A stretch of DNA of 64,000 nt, taken from positions 2,240,001 through 2,304,000 of the forward strand of contig CAWKMU010000003.1 of assembly GCA_963850905.1 (NCBI GenBank), given 5' to 3'. Positions 1 through 10,382 of the stretch are shown here, one piece after another; position 1 is the first letter of the stretch, and every line of letters begins with the position of its first letter. Source of the DNA: an uncultured Gemmatimonadales bacterium (lineage in GTDB: Bacteria > Gemmatimonadota > Gemmatimonadetes > Gemmatimonadales > Gemmatimonadaceae). Both the position numbers and the translations under genes were made by a program. Below the pieces are notes generated by a model. That model saw nothing but the letters and a program-made list of their open reading frames with translations. It did no database searches and was not told the DNA's origin.

Positions 1-867
1 CACGAGGCCGAGACCGAGCTGGGTTTCGACGCGACGTTCTTCAAGTCGCGCGCACAGTTCAGTCTGACCGTGTATCAGAAGCGCATCAGCGACCTGCTGC
101 TGCAGGCCAACGTCTCGCCCTCGCTGGGCTATGACGAGCAATGGTTCAATGGAGGGGAATTCACCAACCAGGGGATCGAGCTGCAACTGACGGCGACGCC
201 AGTGCAGTTGCGGAACGGATTCACGTGGGTGTCGACGACGTCGCTCTACCGGAATTACAGCGTCGTGAATTCACTCCCGGTGCCCGCGTTCGTGCTCAAC
301 GCCAGTGGCGGCGGCAACCTGGGCACGGGCCTGATCCAAGTGGGGCGATCCGTTTCTCAGCTCGTTGGCGCGAACGCCGCTGGTGCAACCGTGCAAGTTG
401 GCGACGTGTACCCCGCGTGGGTCTCGAACTTCGACAACGAGTTCAGCTTTGGGCCGTTCCATGCTGGCGCGCTCGTGGTCTGGTCCAAGGGCGGCAATAC
501 CGGCAACTTCACCGACTTCGAAATGGACGTCAGCCAGGGATTGCTGGCAGATTCGGCGCTGAGTGCGAAGCGAAATGCGGAGAACGCGGCCGGCCTGACG
601 GCGTACCTCGAGTCCGCGACCTTCGTCAAGCTCCGCGAAGTTTCGCTGAGCTACATCCTGCCCCAGCGCTGGTTTGGATGGGCGTCCGGGCGGATCCACA
701 GCGTCCGGCTCTCGCTCGAAGGACGCGATCTGTTCCTCTGGAGTCCGTACACCGGACTCGATCCGGAAGTCAACTTCATCGGCAACACGCAGGTGGCACG
801 AGGACAGGATGTCACGCCGTATCCGCCGGCGCGTAGTTATTTCCTTGGCCTCGACCTGGGCTTTTGA
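1..867 (+). CDS. SusC/RagA-family TonB-dependent outer-membrane receptor, C-terminal part (5' end outside window)
   Basis: Frame 1 is open from base 1. Motifs TELGFD, NQGIEL, ATFVKLREVSLSY, YTGLDPE and YPPARSY, with a terminal aromatic residue (LDLGF), are typical of SusC barrels. Confidence 0.92.
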   Translation, partial: HEAETELGFDATFFKSRAQFSLTVYQKRISDLLLQANVSPSLGYDEQWFNGGEFTNQGIELQLTATPVQLRNGFTWVSTTSLYRNYSVVNSLPVPAFVLNASGGGNLGTGLIQVGRSVSQLVGANAAGATVQVGDVYPAWVSNFDNEFSFGPFHAGALVVWSKGGNTGNFTDFEMDVSQGLLADSALSAKRNAENAAGLTAYLESATFVKLREVSLSYILPQRWFGWASGRIHSVRLSLEGRDLFLWSPYTGLDPEVNFIGNTQVARGQDVTPYPPARSYFLGLDLGF

Positions 868-868
868 T

Positions 869-2467
869 ATGCCACTCACAACAGTCACCGAGACCGCCCG
901 TCCGCACATCCGCGACGGGCGTAGCAGCCGGCGCACTCTGTGCGTGGCCGTCGCAGCCGCCGTCGTCGTGACGGCCAGCTGCAAGGACAGCAACGTACCA
1001 TACCTGACCGCGCCGACGACGATCGCGAACACGACCACCGGCGTGCAGAATGCCGTGACCGGTCTCTTCAGCGCGTCGCGGAACGACGTCGTGAACTACA
1101 TCACGTTCCTGTCGACCTTTTCCCGCGACGCGGCCAACTTCACGAACACGGAGGCGCGGTATATCACCGAGGGACTGGCGATCATGCCGATCCCCAACAC
1201 GGACGGGTTTTTCTCAGCGAGCGTCTGGGACATCGAGTATCGCAATGCCAAGTACGCCAATCAAATCATGGCGTCCTTGCCAAATGTCGTTCCCCCGCTC
1301 TCGACCGATACGATCGCCGCGATCGTCGGGATCGTTCAAACCATGAAGGCACTCAACTTCATGATGCTCGCCGAGACGCGAGACACGTTGGGTGTGTCGA
1401 TCTACTCGATCGACGTGACCAACGGCGTGCCGGCTCCGATGCTCTGTAATAAGGACGTGTGGGCCTACATCGTCGCTCTGCTGGACTCGGGGAACGCGGC
1501 ACTCAACACCGCGGGCAGCCTCGCTCTCCCGGTTTCGCTGCCGTCGGGTTTCGGGTCGGTGTCGTCCTCGGCCGGACCCAGCACGGTGCCAGGGTCCTTC
1601 GCCGCGTTCAACCGCGCGCTGGCGGGCAAAGCGGGTCTCGAATACGCCTACGCGATCGCACGTCAATCCGGGGCGGGTCCGACGCCCACTTCCGCGGGCT
1701 CACCGAGCGCCGCGGCGCTCACTCGCGCAGACAGTGCACTCAAGGCGTCCGTACTGTTCGCGCCCACGTCGCTCACCCCGCCGGCACCCGGCGGTTTCGT
1801 CTACGGCGATGCATTTACTGTCTCCAACGCCTGGAGCGCGCAGTCGGGCGACCAGGTGAACCCGATCAACGGCGAGATCGGGACGCTGGCCGTGTTGTGG
1901 GATTTGGTCGTCGACGTCGACACCGTGCACGACGCCCGGTGGGCGGCCAAGTTCAGCGTCAATCCGAATTCGGTGCAACAGCTGGCCTTCAACGGCGTCG
2001 CTTCGCCGTATATCTACTCGTACTATGGCACCCCGAGCTCTCCGACACCCATCGTACGGGATGAGGAGTTGACGCTTGTGGATGCACAGATCCAGCTCGG
2101 GCTTGGCAACTATGCCGGGGCGATCGGATTGATCAACGACGTTCACCAAGAGGCTGGCGGGTTTACTACGCCGCTTTCGATCGCCGCTACCTACACGGCT
2201 GTCCGCGACACCCTGATGAAGGAGCAACGAATCTCGACGGCTCTCGAGGGGAGCGAAGATCGGGTGATCGCGATCCGCATGTACGGGATGGAGCCAGTCT
2301 CCGATACGACATGGAACGCGACCTCCGGTCCGGACGCAGCGGCGTATCAAGCGGCCAAAGGCTCCATCGGGCCGTTCACCGACTTACACACGACGGTGCT
2401 GCCGCCGCCCGCCAGTGAAGGGCTGGGGCGCGGCGGGAGTTATACGTTGAGCTGCAATTCGCCGTAG
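869..2467 (+). CDS. SusD/RagB-like surface lipoprotein
   Basis: ATG at 869 directly follows the SusC stop. Lipobox VTASC; SusD-like C-terminal motifs (PIVRDEELTLVDAQ, LINDVH, EQRISTALEG..R.I.IR). Confidence 0.85.
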   Translation: MPLTTVTETARPHIRDGRSSRRTLCVAVAAAVVVTASCKDSNVPYLTAPTTIANTTTGVQNAVTGLFSASRNDVVNYITFLSTFSRDAANFTNTEARYITEGLAIMPIPNTDGFFSASVWDIEYRNAKYANQIMASLPNVVPPLSTDTIAAIVGIVQTMKALNFMMLAETRDTLGVSIYSIDVTNGVPAPMLCNKDVWAYIVALLDSGNAALNTAGSLALPVSLPSGFGSVSSSAGPSTVPGSFAAFNRALAGKAGLEYAYAIARQSGAGPTPTSAGSPSAAALTRADSALKASVLFAPTSLTPPAPGGFVYGDAFTVSNAWSAQSGDQVNPINGEIGTLAVLWDLVVDVDTVHDARWAAKFSVNPNSVQQLAFNGVASPYIYSYYGTPSSPTPIVRDEELTLVDAQIQLGLGNYAGAIGLINDVHQEAGGFTTPLSIAATYTAVRDTLMKEQRISTALEGSEDRVIAIRMYGMEPVSDTTWNATSGPDAAAYQAAKGSIGPFTDLHTTVLPPPASEGLGRGGSYTLSCNSP

Positions 2468-2482
2468 GGCAGAACCGCCGTA

Positions 2483-2614
2483 TCAGGGGTCAGGGATCAG
2501 GGATCAGGGATCAGGGATCAGGGATCAGGGAATTAACAACGAAGGCCGGTTGCAGTGGGACGCGACCGGCCTTCCGATTTGTTCCCTGACCCCTGACCCC
2601 CGATCCCTGATCCC
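2483..2614. repeat. Heptamer tandem array (TCAGGGR)x7 plus inverted arm (YCCCYGA)x4.5 enclosing a hairpin
   Basis: 2483-2531 has seven TCAGGG(A/G) units; 2583-2614 has reverse-complement units. Confidence 0.9.
2541..2583 (+). terminator. Probable terminator hairpin after susD
   Basis: GAAGGCCGGTTGC / GCGACCGGCCTTC stem (2541-2574) followed by a weak T-rich tail (CGATTTGTT). Confidence 0.5.
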
Positions 2615-2646
2615 GTTCTTCTGGCCTACCTCTATCTTTCGCCCCG

Positions 2647-4836
2647 ATGCGCAGCATTGAATTGCTCACCGCCTCTCTCGTCGCGAGCGTGCTCGCGGCT
2701 TCGACTGCCGGTGCGCAGCTGTGCGACGGGCCCGTCGATACGCTTGCCGCGAGCCGAGACCTCTATTGTATGACGCTGATCGCCGTGCCCGGCTTGGACA
2801 CGGTGTCGGGTCGCGTGGAGCTCGGGCGGCTCGCCGGTCCGTTCACCGTCACCGTCACCCCCGACGGCCGGCCGGTCTACGCGCCGGTCGCGGATGTCTC
2901 GGGGTTACCCGCGCCGCGCGCGTTTGGCGCGTATACGACCTACGTCGCCTGGGCGGCGAGTCCGACCATGTACCCGATCGAAAAGCTCGGGCCCATCGGC
3001 AATGGCCGCACGCGACTGGCGCCGCTCGATCTGGACCCGTTCGTGCTGCTGATCACCGCTGAGCCGGCGGCCACGGTGGCCCAGCCGTCCGGCCGCGTGG
3101 TGTTGCGCGGCGGCTCGCCCAGTACGCGGCTCCAGCCGCCCGACCTCCTGCAGTTTTCGATCGGCGCCATCCGGGAGCCGCCGACCGCAGTCGGGGCGCC
3201 CGTGTCGAACGAGGCGCAGGTCGGTCGCGACTCGAACGAGCACGCCGACGCTGGTTCTTCCCAGACTGCTCGCTGGCTTGGCGTGCCTATGGTGCCGGGC
3301 GTAGCCATGCTGCCCGCCGAAATGGCGCTACGGCCGGCGGTCGTCCCATATCTCCCGTCGTCGCCTGCGGGTGAGCCGGCGCCCATCGTGCATCCGAGCA
3401 CCGTGCTGCGGCTCAGCAACGGCGATACGCTCCATCTGACCGCGGCGCTCGTACGCAAGCAGATCGCCGGCCATCTGGTCACCATGTATGCGTTCAACGG
3501 CCAGTACCCCGGGCCTGCCATTTCCGTCCCGCAGGGATCCGAGATCGTTGTCGACTTGTCCAATCATCTCGATCAGCCGACGACGGTTCACTGGCACGGG
3601 ATCCGGCTCGACGCGCGATACAATGGCGTGCCCGATCTGTCCCAGCCGGCGGTCGGCCCCGGCGGCCACTTCATCTACCACGTTCGCTTTCCGGACGCGG
3701 GTATCTACTGGTATCACCCTCACGTCCGCGAAGACGTCCAGCAATCGCTCGGTCTGTTCGGATCGATCGTCGTGCGCTCGGCTCGACGCGACTACTTCGG
3801 CCGTGCCAACCGCGAAGTGCCGCTCGTGCTCAACGACGTGCTCGTCGGCGACGCGGGGCTCGTGCCATTCGGTGCGAACGCAACAACACATGCCCTCATG
3901 GGGCGGTTTGGCAACGTGTTGCTCGTCAACGGCGAGCCACGCTATGAGCTCACGGTCCGGCGCGGTGAGGTCGTCCAGTTCGACCTGACCAACGCGTCCG
4001 CGGCCCGAACCTACAACCTCTCGTTCCCAAACGCGCGCATGAAGGTCGTCGGCAGCGATGCCGGCAACTTCGAGCGCGAAGCCTGGGTGACCAGCGTCGT
4101 CATTGCCCCGGCCGAACGGTATATCATCCAAGTCAGATTCGATCGTCCGGGCCTCATTCCGCTCATGAATCGCGTCCGCGGACTGGATCACCTGTTCGGG
4201 CGGTTCGTACGTCTTGCCGATACCTTGGGCGTGGTCCGCGTGACGCGGGACCCGGTCCGTGCGGACTATGCCGCGAGCTTCGAGTCGCTGCGCACGGATA
4301 CGGCGGCCCGAGCGAGTATTGAGCATTTTCGGCCATACTTCGACCGGCCGGTCGATCGGACGCTCGTGCTGACCATGAGGACGCACGACCTGCCATTTGT
4401 CTCCCACCAGCTCATGCTGATCGATTCGGCGTACTTCACGCCCGTGGAATGGGCAGGCACGATGCCCAACATGAATTGGGCGTCGACCACGGACCAGGTC
4501 CAATGGATCCTACGCGATCCGGCGACGGGCAAGGAGGGCATGGACATTGGCTGGCGATTTCGCCGCGGGGATGTCGTCAAGCTCCGTCTCGTCAATCAGC
4601 GTGGGGTGCTGCACGGCATGCAGCATCCGATTCATATCCACGGCCAGCGATTCCTGGTGTTGGCCGTCAACGGCGTTGCGAACGACGACCTGGTGTGGAA
4701 GGACACCGTCGTGGTCCCCGCCGGTGCTGCGGTCGACATCCTGCTGGATCTGTCCAACCCGGGTCCATGGATGCTACACTGTCACATCGCCGAGCACTTG
4801 GCGGCGCAGATGATGACCGTCTTCCACGTCGATTGA
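2647..4836 (+). CDS. Secreted multicopper oxidase (laccase/CueO-like) with an extra N-terminal domain
   Basis: All four Cu motifs are present (HWHG, WYHPH, HPIHIHG, HCHIAEHxxxxM), plus a signal peptide. Confidence 0.93.
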   Translation: MRSIELLTASLVASVLAASTAGAQLCDGPVDTLAASRDLYCMTLIAVPGLDTVSGRVELGRLAGPFTVTVTPDGRPVYAPVADVSGLPAPRAFGAYTTYVAWAASPTMYPIEKLGPIGNGRTRLAPLDLDPFVLLITAEPAATVAQPSGRVVLRGGSPSTRLQPPDLLQFSIGAIREPPTAVGAPVSNEAQVGRDSNEHADAGSSQTARWLGVPMVPGVAMLPAEMALRPAVVPYLPSSPAGEPAPIVHPSTVLRLSNGDTLHLTAALVRKQIAGHLVTMYAFNGQYPGPAISVPQGSEIVVDLSNHLDQPTTVHWHGIRLDARYNGVPDLSQPAVGPGGHFIYHVRFPDAGIYWYHPHVREDVQQSLGLFGSIVVRSARRDYFGRANREVPLVLNDVLVGDAGLVPFGANATTHALMGRFGNVLLVNGEPRYELTVRRGEVVQFDLTNASAARTYNLSFPNARMKVVGSDAGNFEREAWVTSVVIAPAERYIIQVRFDRPGLIPLMNRVRGLDHLFGRFVRLADTLGVVRVTRDPVRADYAASFESLRTDTAARASIEHFRPYFDRPVDRTLVLTMRTHDLPFVSHQLMLIDSAYFTPVEWAGTMPNMNWASTTDQVQWILRDPATGKEGMDIGWRFRRGDVVKLRLVNQRGVLHGMQHPIHIHGQRFLVLAVNGVANDDLVWKDTVVVPAGAAVDILLDLSNPGPWMLHCHIAEHLAAQMMTVFHVD

Positions 4837-4874
4837 CCCCGTACCCTCACCGAAGCGTTGCGGAGGACCGGCCC

Positions 4875-6320
4875 GTGCCCGTGTCTCGTCTCGTCTTAGC
4901 GATCGCGCTGCTGGCGTTCGCCACCGCCCAGCCTCGACTCGCGCTGGCCCAGCCAGCGGCGACCCTCGGGGACACGACGCGGCATTATGTCACCGTCAGT
5001 GAGCCCGTCGTCGCACTGACGCACGTGACGATCATCGATGGGACAGGCGCCGCACCGAAGGCGGACCAGACCATCATCATCCGTGATGGCAAGATCGCGC
5101 AGGTCGGGCCCGCCGCGAGTGTCACGGCCCCGGCGGGTGCTCGGGTCATGGCGCTCTCTGGCCAGACCGTGATCCCGGGCTTGGTCGGGATGCACGACCA
5201 CTTGTTCTACACGGCCGCCGGCGGCCGGGAGATGGTGTTGTCGTATTCCGGACCTCGACTGTACCTCGGGTCCGGTGTCACCACGATCCGCACCACCGGA
5301 GCGACTGAGCCCTACGGCGACATCAATACCAAGCACTCGGTCAATGGCGGGCAGACTCCCGGACCGCACATCATCATCACGTCGCCCTACATCACGGGGC
5401 CGGAGGGCGGCAGCAACATGGCCGTGTTGGCGTCTCCGGAGCAAGCCAGGCAGTTCGTCGACTACTGGGTCGGTGAGGGCGTACAGTGGATCAAAGCGTA
5501 CACCGATATTCGCCGCGCCGAGCTCAAAGCGGTGATCGACGAAGCCCACCGCCGCGGGATCAAGGTGACTGGGCATCTCTGTTCGGTCTCATATCGCGAG
5601 GCGGTCGAGCTGGGGATCGACAATCTCGAGCACGGGTTCTTCACGGCCACGGACTTCGACCCCACCAAGCAGCCCGACGTCTGTCCTGCAGGGAGTTTTA
5701 CGCGGGTGGCCGCAACCAATCCAAGTAGCGACATCGGGCGCTCGGTGATTCAGACAATGATCGGCCACAAGGTGCCAATGACCTCGACGCTGGCCGTACT
5801 CGAGCCGTTCTTCCCGAATCGACCGGTGACGGACAAGCGGACCCTCGACGCGATGGCCCCGGAGGTGCGCCAGGCCTATCTGCACATGCGCGCACACATC
5901 GACTCCGGCGCGGCCGTGAAGTGGCCGTTCACGCTGGACATGCTCAAGAACGCGATGACCTTCGAGAAGGAGTTCGTCGACGCCGGTGGGGTCCTGGGCG
6001 TCGGCGTCGATCCGACGGGAATCGGCGGCGCACTCCCGGGCTTCGGGGACCAGCGCAACTACGAGTTGTTGATCGAGGCGGGATTTACTCCCTCCCAGGT
6101 CATCCAATTCATGTCCGCGAACGGCGCCAAGATCCTGGGCCAGTACGACGAGTTTGGCTCGATCGAGTCGGGGAAGCGGGCGGATCTCGTCGTGTTGAAT
6201 GGGAACCTGGCGGCAGACCCGTCGACGATTCGGAAGGTGACGACCGTGTTCAAGGATGGCGTTGGATACGACTCGCCCAAGCTGATCGCATCGGTCGCCG
6301 GGCACGTCGGGATCAATTAG
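4875..6320 (+). CDS. Secreted amidohydrolase-family metal-dependent hydrolase
   Basis: GGAGG then GTG at 4875; signal peptide; PGLVGMHDH, GVTTIR, EHG and GSIESGKRADLVVL motifs. Confidence 0.88.
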   Translation: MPVSRLVLAIALLAFATAQPRLALAQPAATLGDTTRHYVTVSEPVVALTHVTIIDGTGAAPKADQTIIIRDGKIAQVGPAASVTAPAGARVMALSGQTVIPGLVGMHDHLFYTAAGGREMVLSYSGPRLYLGSGVTTIRTTGATEPYGDINTKHSVNGGQTPGPHIIITSPYITGPEGGSNMAVLASPEQARQFVDYWVGEGVQWIKAYTDIRRAELKAVIDEAHRRGIKVTGHLCSVSYREAVELGIDNLEHGFFTATDFDPTKQPDVCPAGSFTRVAATNPSSDIGRSVIQTMIGHKVPMTSTLAVLEPFFPNRPVTDKRTLDAMAPEVRQAYLHMRAHIDSGAAVKWPFTLDMLKNAMTFEKEFVDAGGVLGVGVDPTGIGGALPGFGDQRNYELLIEAGFTPSQVIQFMSANGAKILGQYDEFGSIESGKRADLVVLNGNLAADPSTIRKVTTVFKDGVGYDSPKLIASVAGHVGIN

Positions 6321-7822
6321 GCGCGCGCGACCGCCGCGGCGAGAGTCGTCGCGGCAGCTTCCTCTCTCCGCTGGTGCGCGGCCAGTGTGGCGCGCACCGC
6401 GACGAGCGCATCGCGATACTGCGCCAGGCTTCGGGTGAGCGAAGCCGGCGCCGGGCCGCCCGGCACGGTGCGAACGGCGATGAAGTGCTCCGGGGTGGCG
6501 AAGGCTCGGAATGTCGGCTCGTCCACGACGGGGGGACGTCCCGTCACTCCGGCGAAGGCATCGGCAAAGGTCTTGTACGCGACCGTCGCGAGCGTGCTCC
6601 GCGTCGGTGCCAGTGCTCGGGCGAGTCGTGCGCAGATCTCGTGCGCCTCGCCAAAGGACAGGCCTTCTGTGCGAACCAGGGAGTCCGCGACCTCGGTCAT
6701 CGTCACACACGACGCCTCGATGTCCCGGCGCACGGCGGCTTCGTCGATACGCACAGCACGCACAAAGGCTTCGAGCAGCTCCAGCACGCGCTGTGTGGTG
6801 TCGATGGCAATGTAGCCGACCTCGTGCACCGCGTAGTCGTTGTCGTTCATGTCGGTGAACGGCGTGTTGTGCATTGCCAGCACCACGGCGTCGCAGTGCC
6901 CGATGCCCGTGGAGCTGAGCAAGCGCAGATGCTCGATCGCGACGGGATTGCGCTTTTGAGGCATGATCGAGCTTCGCTGCACGAATCCGTCGGGGACCCG
7001 CAGGTGGCCGACCTCGAAGGCCGCCCGCTGCCCGAGATCCTGCACGAACCGGCCAATGTTGATGAGCATGACCTTGAGTGTCTCGAACGCCTCGGTGACG
7101 TAGTCGCAGGAGGCGATCGCGCCATAGGAATTGTCCTGTACCCGCTCAAATCCGAGGAGTGTCGCCATCCGATCCCGGTCGATCGGGAAACCGGTTGTGG
7201 TAATGGCCGCCGCCCCCATGCTGCAGAGATCTGCTGTCACGTACGCGTGAAGGATCCGGTCCGCGTCGCGGAGCAGGACCTCGATCATGCCGCCGAGGTA
7301 GTGTCCCCACGTCGTCGGTTGGGCCGGCTGGCCATGCGTATAGGCCAGCACGAGCGTATCGCGGTCGCGTGTCGCTGCTTCGATCAGCGCATCAATGACT
7401 CGTACCAGTGACTCGCCCACCGCGAGCAACCGCCGCTTGAGCGCCATCTTCAGGATTGTCTGATCCATGTCGTTCCGGCTGCGCCCCGTATGCAACCGGC
7501 CCGCGACGTGATTCCCCAGTCGCTCACACAGCTCCCCTTCGACCAGGAAAAAGAAATCCTCATGTTTGCCGCTGTAGCGCAGCGCCTCGAGGCCCGCCGC
7601 GAGCTCGGACTCGACCCGATCGAGGGCGCCCAGGATCGCGCGGGCGTCCGTCGCAGACAGGATGCCGCGCTCGGCCAGCATGACGGCGTGCGCGCGATCG
7701 ACGCGTATCAGGTCGCGCCAATGGTGACGCTTGATCGCCTCGAAGAGCGGTGCGAGGACGGTGTGGCTGTACGCGGGAGCGGGAAATCGATCGGCGCTGC
7801 CTGGTGGCGACCCTTCGGTCAC
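6317..7822 (-). CDS. argH: Argininosuccinate lyase (fumarase/aspartase superfamily)
   Basis: HTGRSRND, YTHGQPAQP and SSIMPQKRNP signature. GTG start overlaps the upstream stop (GTGA). Confidence 0.82.
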   Translation of the reverse strand: MTEGSPPGSADRFPAPAYSHTVLAPLFEAIKRHHWRDLIRVDRAHAVMLAERGILSATDARAILGALDRVESELAAGLEALRYSGKHEDFFFLVEGELCERLGNHVAGRLHTGRSRNDMDQTILKMALKRRLLAVGESLVRVIDALIEAATRDRDTLVLAYTHGQPAQPTTWGHYLGGMIEVLLRDADRILHAYVTADLCSMGAAAITTTGFPIDRDRMATLLGFERVQDNSYGAIASCDYVTEAFETLKVMLINIGRFVQDLGQRAAFEVGHLRVPDGFVQRSSIMPQKRNPVAIEHLRLLSSTGIGHCDAVVLAMHNTPFTDMNDNDYAVHEVGYIAIDTTQRVLELLEAFVRAVRIDEAAVRRDIEASCVTMTEVADSLVRTEGLSFGEAHEICARLARALAPTRSTLATVAYKTFADAFAGVTGRPPVVDEPTFRAFATPEHFIAVRTVPGGPAPASLTRSLAQYRDALVAVRATLAAHQRREEAAATTLAAAVARA

Positions 7823-8847
7823 GGAAGCCGACCTTCGAGGATCGTCCCGAGCGTCGACAAGTCGATACTGCCACCCGACACGACCGACACGATGCGCCGG
7901 CCAGGCACGACTCCCGACAATGCGGCAGCGACGGACGCGGCGCCGGCGCCTTCCGCGACTGTCCGGGTACGGCTCACCAGATATCGCATCGCCTCCGCGA
8001 TCTCGGCGAGACTGACGACGACTGTCCCGGCGAGCAGCGTGCTGGCGAGCGGCCACATCTCGGTCAGGAGGCCGCGGCCGCCGATGCCATCCACGAAGCT
8101 GGGCCGGTGATCGATCTGCACCGGGCCACCGGCAGCGAGCGCCGACTCGAATGCCGGCGCCGTCTCGACCTCACATGCGATGACGCGAGCCGTCGAGCCC
8201 AGCGCGCGGAGGCCAATCGCGATGCCGCACGACAGGCCGCCGCCCCCGAACGGGACGAGCACCGTGTCCATGTCTGGTGCATCCTCGAGGATCTCCCGTG
8301 CGATCGTCGCGTTGCCGGCGATCACCAACGGATCGGCAACCGGGTGGACGAACAGACCACCGAGCCCCGGATACGAGCGCTCGACCAACACCTGCCACCA
8401 TCGGGCGAACGGCACCTTCGTCACGACGCCGCCAAGGCGCTCGACCGCCGCAACCTTCGCGAGAGGGGCGTGCTCCGGCACGATGACCCTGCAGGACACA
8501 CCCATCTCGCGAGCGGTCCACGCGACGCCCTGCGCCATGTTGCCCGCGCTCGCCGTGTACACGCCTTCGGTCAGTCGCGCCCGTGGCGCCGCCCGCAGCG
8601 CGGCGCCGGCCCCCCGGATCTTGAATGAGCCGACCGGTTGCAACGTCTCGAGCTTGAGGCCGATGTCGGACCCGCCGCCGGGCGGCGCGCTGTACACCAG
8701 CGGCGTCCGACCCGCCAGCCCGCGCAGGTGTGCGCGGGCTGCCTCGATCAGCGTCGCTGAGATCTCGACGCCAGCCAGCGACGGCGGCGCATGGGCGCCG
8801 CCGTCGCTCGACGTCGTGTGTGCCTCATTCGCCGCGAACCGGGCCAC
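7819..8847 (-). CDS. PLP-dependent threonine/serine dehydratase-family enzyme (catalytic domain only)
   Basis: KLETLQPVGSFKIRG, SAGN, PFGGGGL, EGAGA and SGG motifs; no regulatory ACT domain. Confidence 0.88.
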   Translation of the reverse strand: MARFAANEAHTTSSDGGAHAPPSLAGVEISATLIEAARAHLRGLAGRTPLVYSAPPGGGSDIGLKLETLQPVGSFKIRGAGAALRAAPRARLTEGVYTASAGNMAQGVAWTAREMGVSCRVIVPEHAPLAKVAAVERLGGVVTKVPFARWWQVLVERSYPGLGGLFVHPVADPLVIAGNATIAREILEDAPDMDTVLVPFGGGGLSCGIAIGLRALGSTARVIACEVETAPAFESALAAGGPVQIDHRPSFVDGIGGRGLLTEMWPLASTLLAGTVVVSLAEIAEAMRYLVSRTRTVAEGAGAASVAAALSGVVPGRRIVSVVSGGSIDLSTLGTILEGRLP

Positions 8848-8853
8848 TGTCTG

Positions 8854-10284
8854 CTAGAACAGATTCCACAGAAACTGGTTGTACACTTCGTGGTGATATT
8901 GCACCTCTGGTGCCTTGACGAACGTCCCCAGTTGGCGCGGGCACCGATCGGCGGACGCTTGCTTGAGGTCAGCGTAGCGTGCCTTGACGTCCGCGCCCAG
9001 GAGTTTGGTCGCCCAGTTTGCACCCCGGAAATGCTCGAGCGCGGTGTACACGTTGTCCGGCAGATAGCGCTCGGCCTGTCGCAGGTTGCGGATCTTGGCC
9101 GTCTCGCCACTGAGGCCCGATTTGAAGATGGCGTACATCACCATGTACGGATTCGCGTCGGGTCCGACCGAGCGCACCTCGACGCGTGAGCTTTTCTCGT
9201 TGCCAATCGGAATGCGGATCATCGACCCGCGGTCGGTGGGCGACGCCTTGATCTGGTTCGGCGCCTCGAAGTGCGGATCCAGCCGACGATAGGCATTGAC
9301 GCTGGCGTTGAGGAGCAGGCAGATGTCGTTCGCATGGGTGAGGATGCGGTCCGCGAAGGCCCAGGCGACCTTGCTGAGCTTCTCCTCCCCTTTGGGATCC
9401 CAGAACAGGTTCTTCCCATTCTTGCTGATCGATACGTTGGTGTGCATGCCATTGCCGTTCACGCCCACGACCGGCTTCGGCAGGAACGACGCGGTGAGAC
9501 CCATCTTCGTGGCCACCTGGCGGCAGATCAGCTTGTACAACTGAATCTGGTCCGCGGCGGCGACGACTTCACCATAGGAGTAGTTGATCTCGAACTGCGA
9601 CGGCGCGACCTCGGGATGGTCCTTCTCGTTCTGGAAGCCCATGGCGCGCTGCACTTCAGCGGTCGTGTCGATGAAGGTCCGGAGCGGATCGCCGGGGAGC
9701 GAGTGATAGTACCCGCCTGTGCTCACGTACTCGAACCCCCGCGTTTCATGGTATCGCTGCTCCGCATCCGAGCCGTTGAACAAGAAGCCTTCGATCTCGT
9801 TCGCGGCGTTGAGGGTGAACCCTTCGTCTTTGTGCAGCTTGTCCGCATAGTTCTTGAGCACGCCCCGCATATCGGCGCTGTAGGGGGAGCCGTCCTTGTC
9901 GATGACTTCGCCGAACACCAACACTTTCCCGGCACCGAAGATGTCGGCGGGCGCCCAATAAAAGGCGCCCCAATCCATGGCGAGACGCAGGTCGCTCTCG
10001 CGCTGCGCCGTGAAGCCCCGGATCGATGATCCGTCGAACGTCAGGTTGTCCGAGCTCTTCACGAGGAACTTCTTGTCGTAGTCCAGCATGTGCAGCCGGC
10101 CTTCCAGGTCGCTGAACAGCACCGTCACCGCCTTGATACGCTTCTCATCGCTGAGATACTTGATCCGCTCTTCCTGGATCGTGGCCGCGCTGACCCGACG
10201 AAGGCGCTGTTCCTTCGCTTGCAGATTCAACGATTCCAACTCGTCGTATGGAAGCGCCAGATAATTTCGAAATTCGGTTGCCAT
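8854..10284 (-). CDS. glnA: Glutamine synthetase (type I-like)
   Basis: FDGSSIRGF, HPEVAPSQFE, FLPKP, NGNGMHTN, YRRLDPHFEAP, RVEVRS and ANPY motifs. GAGGAG RBS before ATG 10284. Confidence 0.92.
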   Translation of the reverse strand: MATEFRNYLALPYDELESLNLQAKEQRLRRVSAATIQEERIKYLSDEKRIKAVTVLFSDLEGRLHMLDYDKKFLVKSSDNLTFDGSSIRGFTAQRESDLRLAMDWGAFYWAPADIFGAGKVLVFGEVIDKDGSPYSADMRGVLKNYADKLHKDEGFTLNAANEIEGFLFNGSDAEQRYHETRGFEYVSTGGYYHSLPGDPLRTFIDTTAEVQRAMGFQNEKDHPEVAPSQFEINYSYGEVVAAADQIQLYKLICRQVATKMGLTASFLPKPVVGVNGNGMHTNVSISKNGKNLFWDPKGEEKLSKVAWAFADRILTHANDICLLLNASVNAYRRLDPHFEAPNQIKASPTDRGSMIRIPIGNEKSSRVEVRSVGPDANPYMVMYAIFKSGLSGETAKIRNLRQAERYLPDNVYTALEHFRGANWATKLLGADVKARYADLKQASADRCPRQLGTFVKAPEVQYHHEVYNQFLWNLF

Positions 10285-10382
10285 GAACTCCTCGTCAGGG
10301 AAGTGGTGCTGGTCGGCCCGCACCCGGTGCCGAGCCACCCGGGCGGAATTTATTCCCCCCGGCCGTGGGGCGCACCGCCAAT

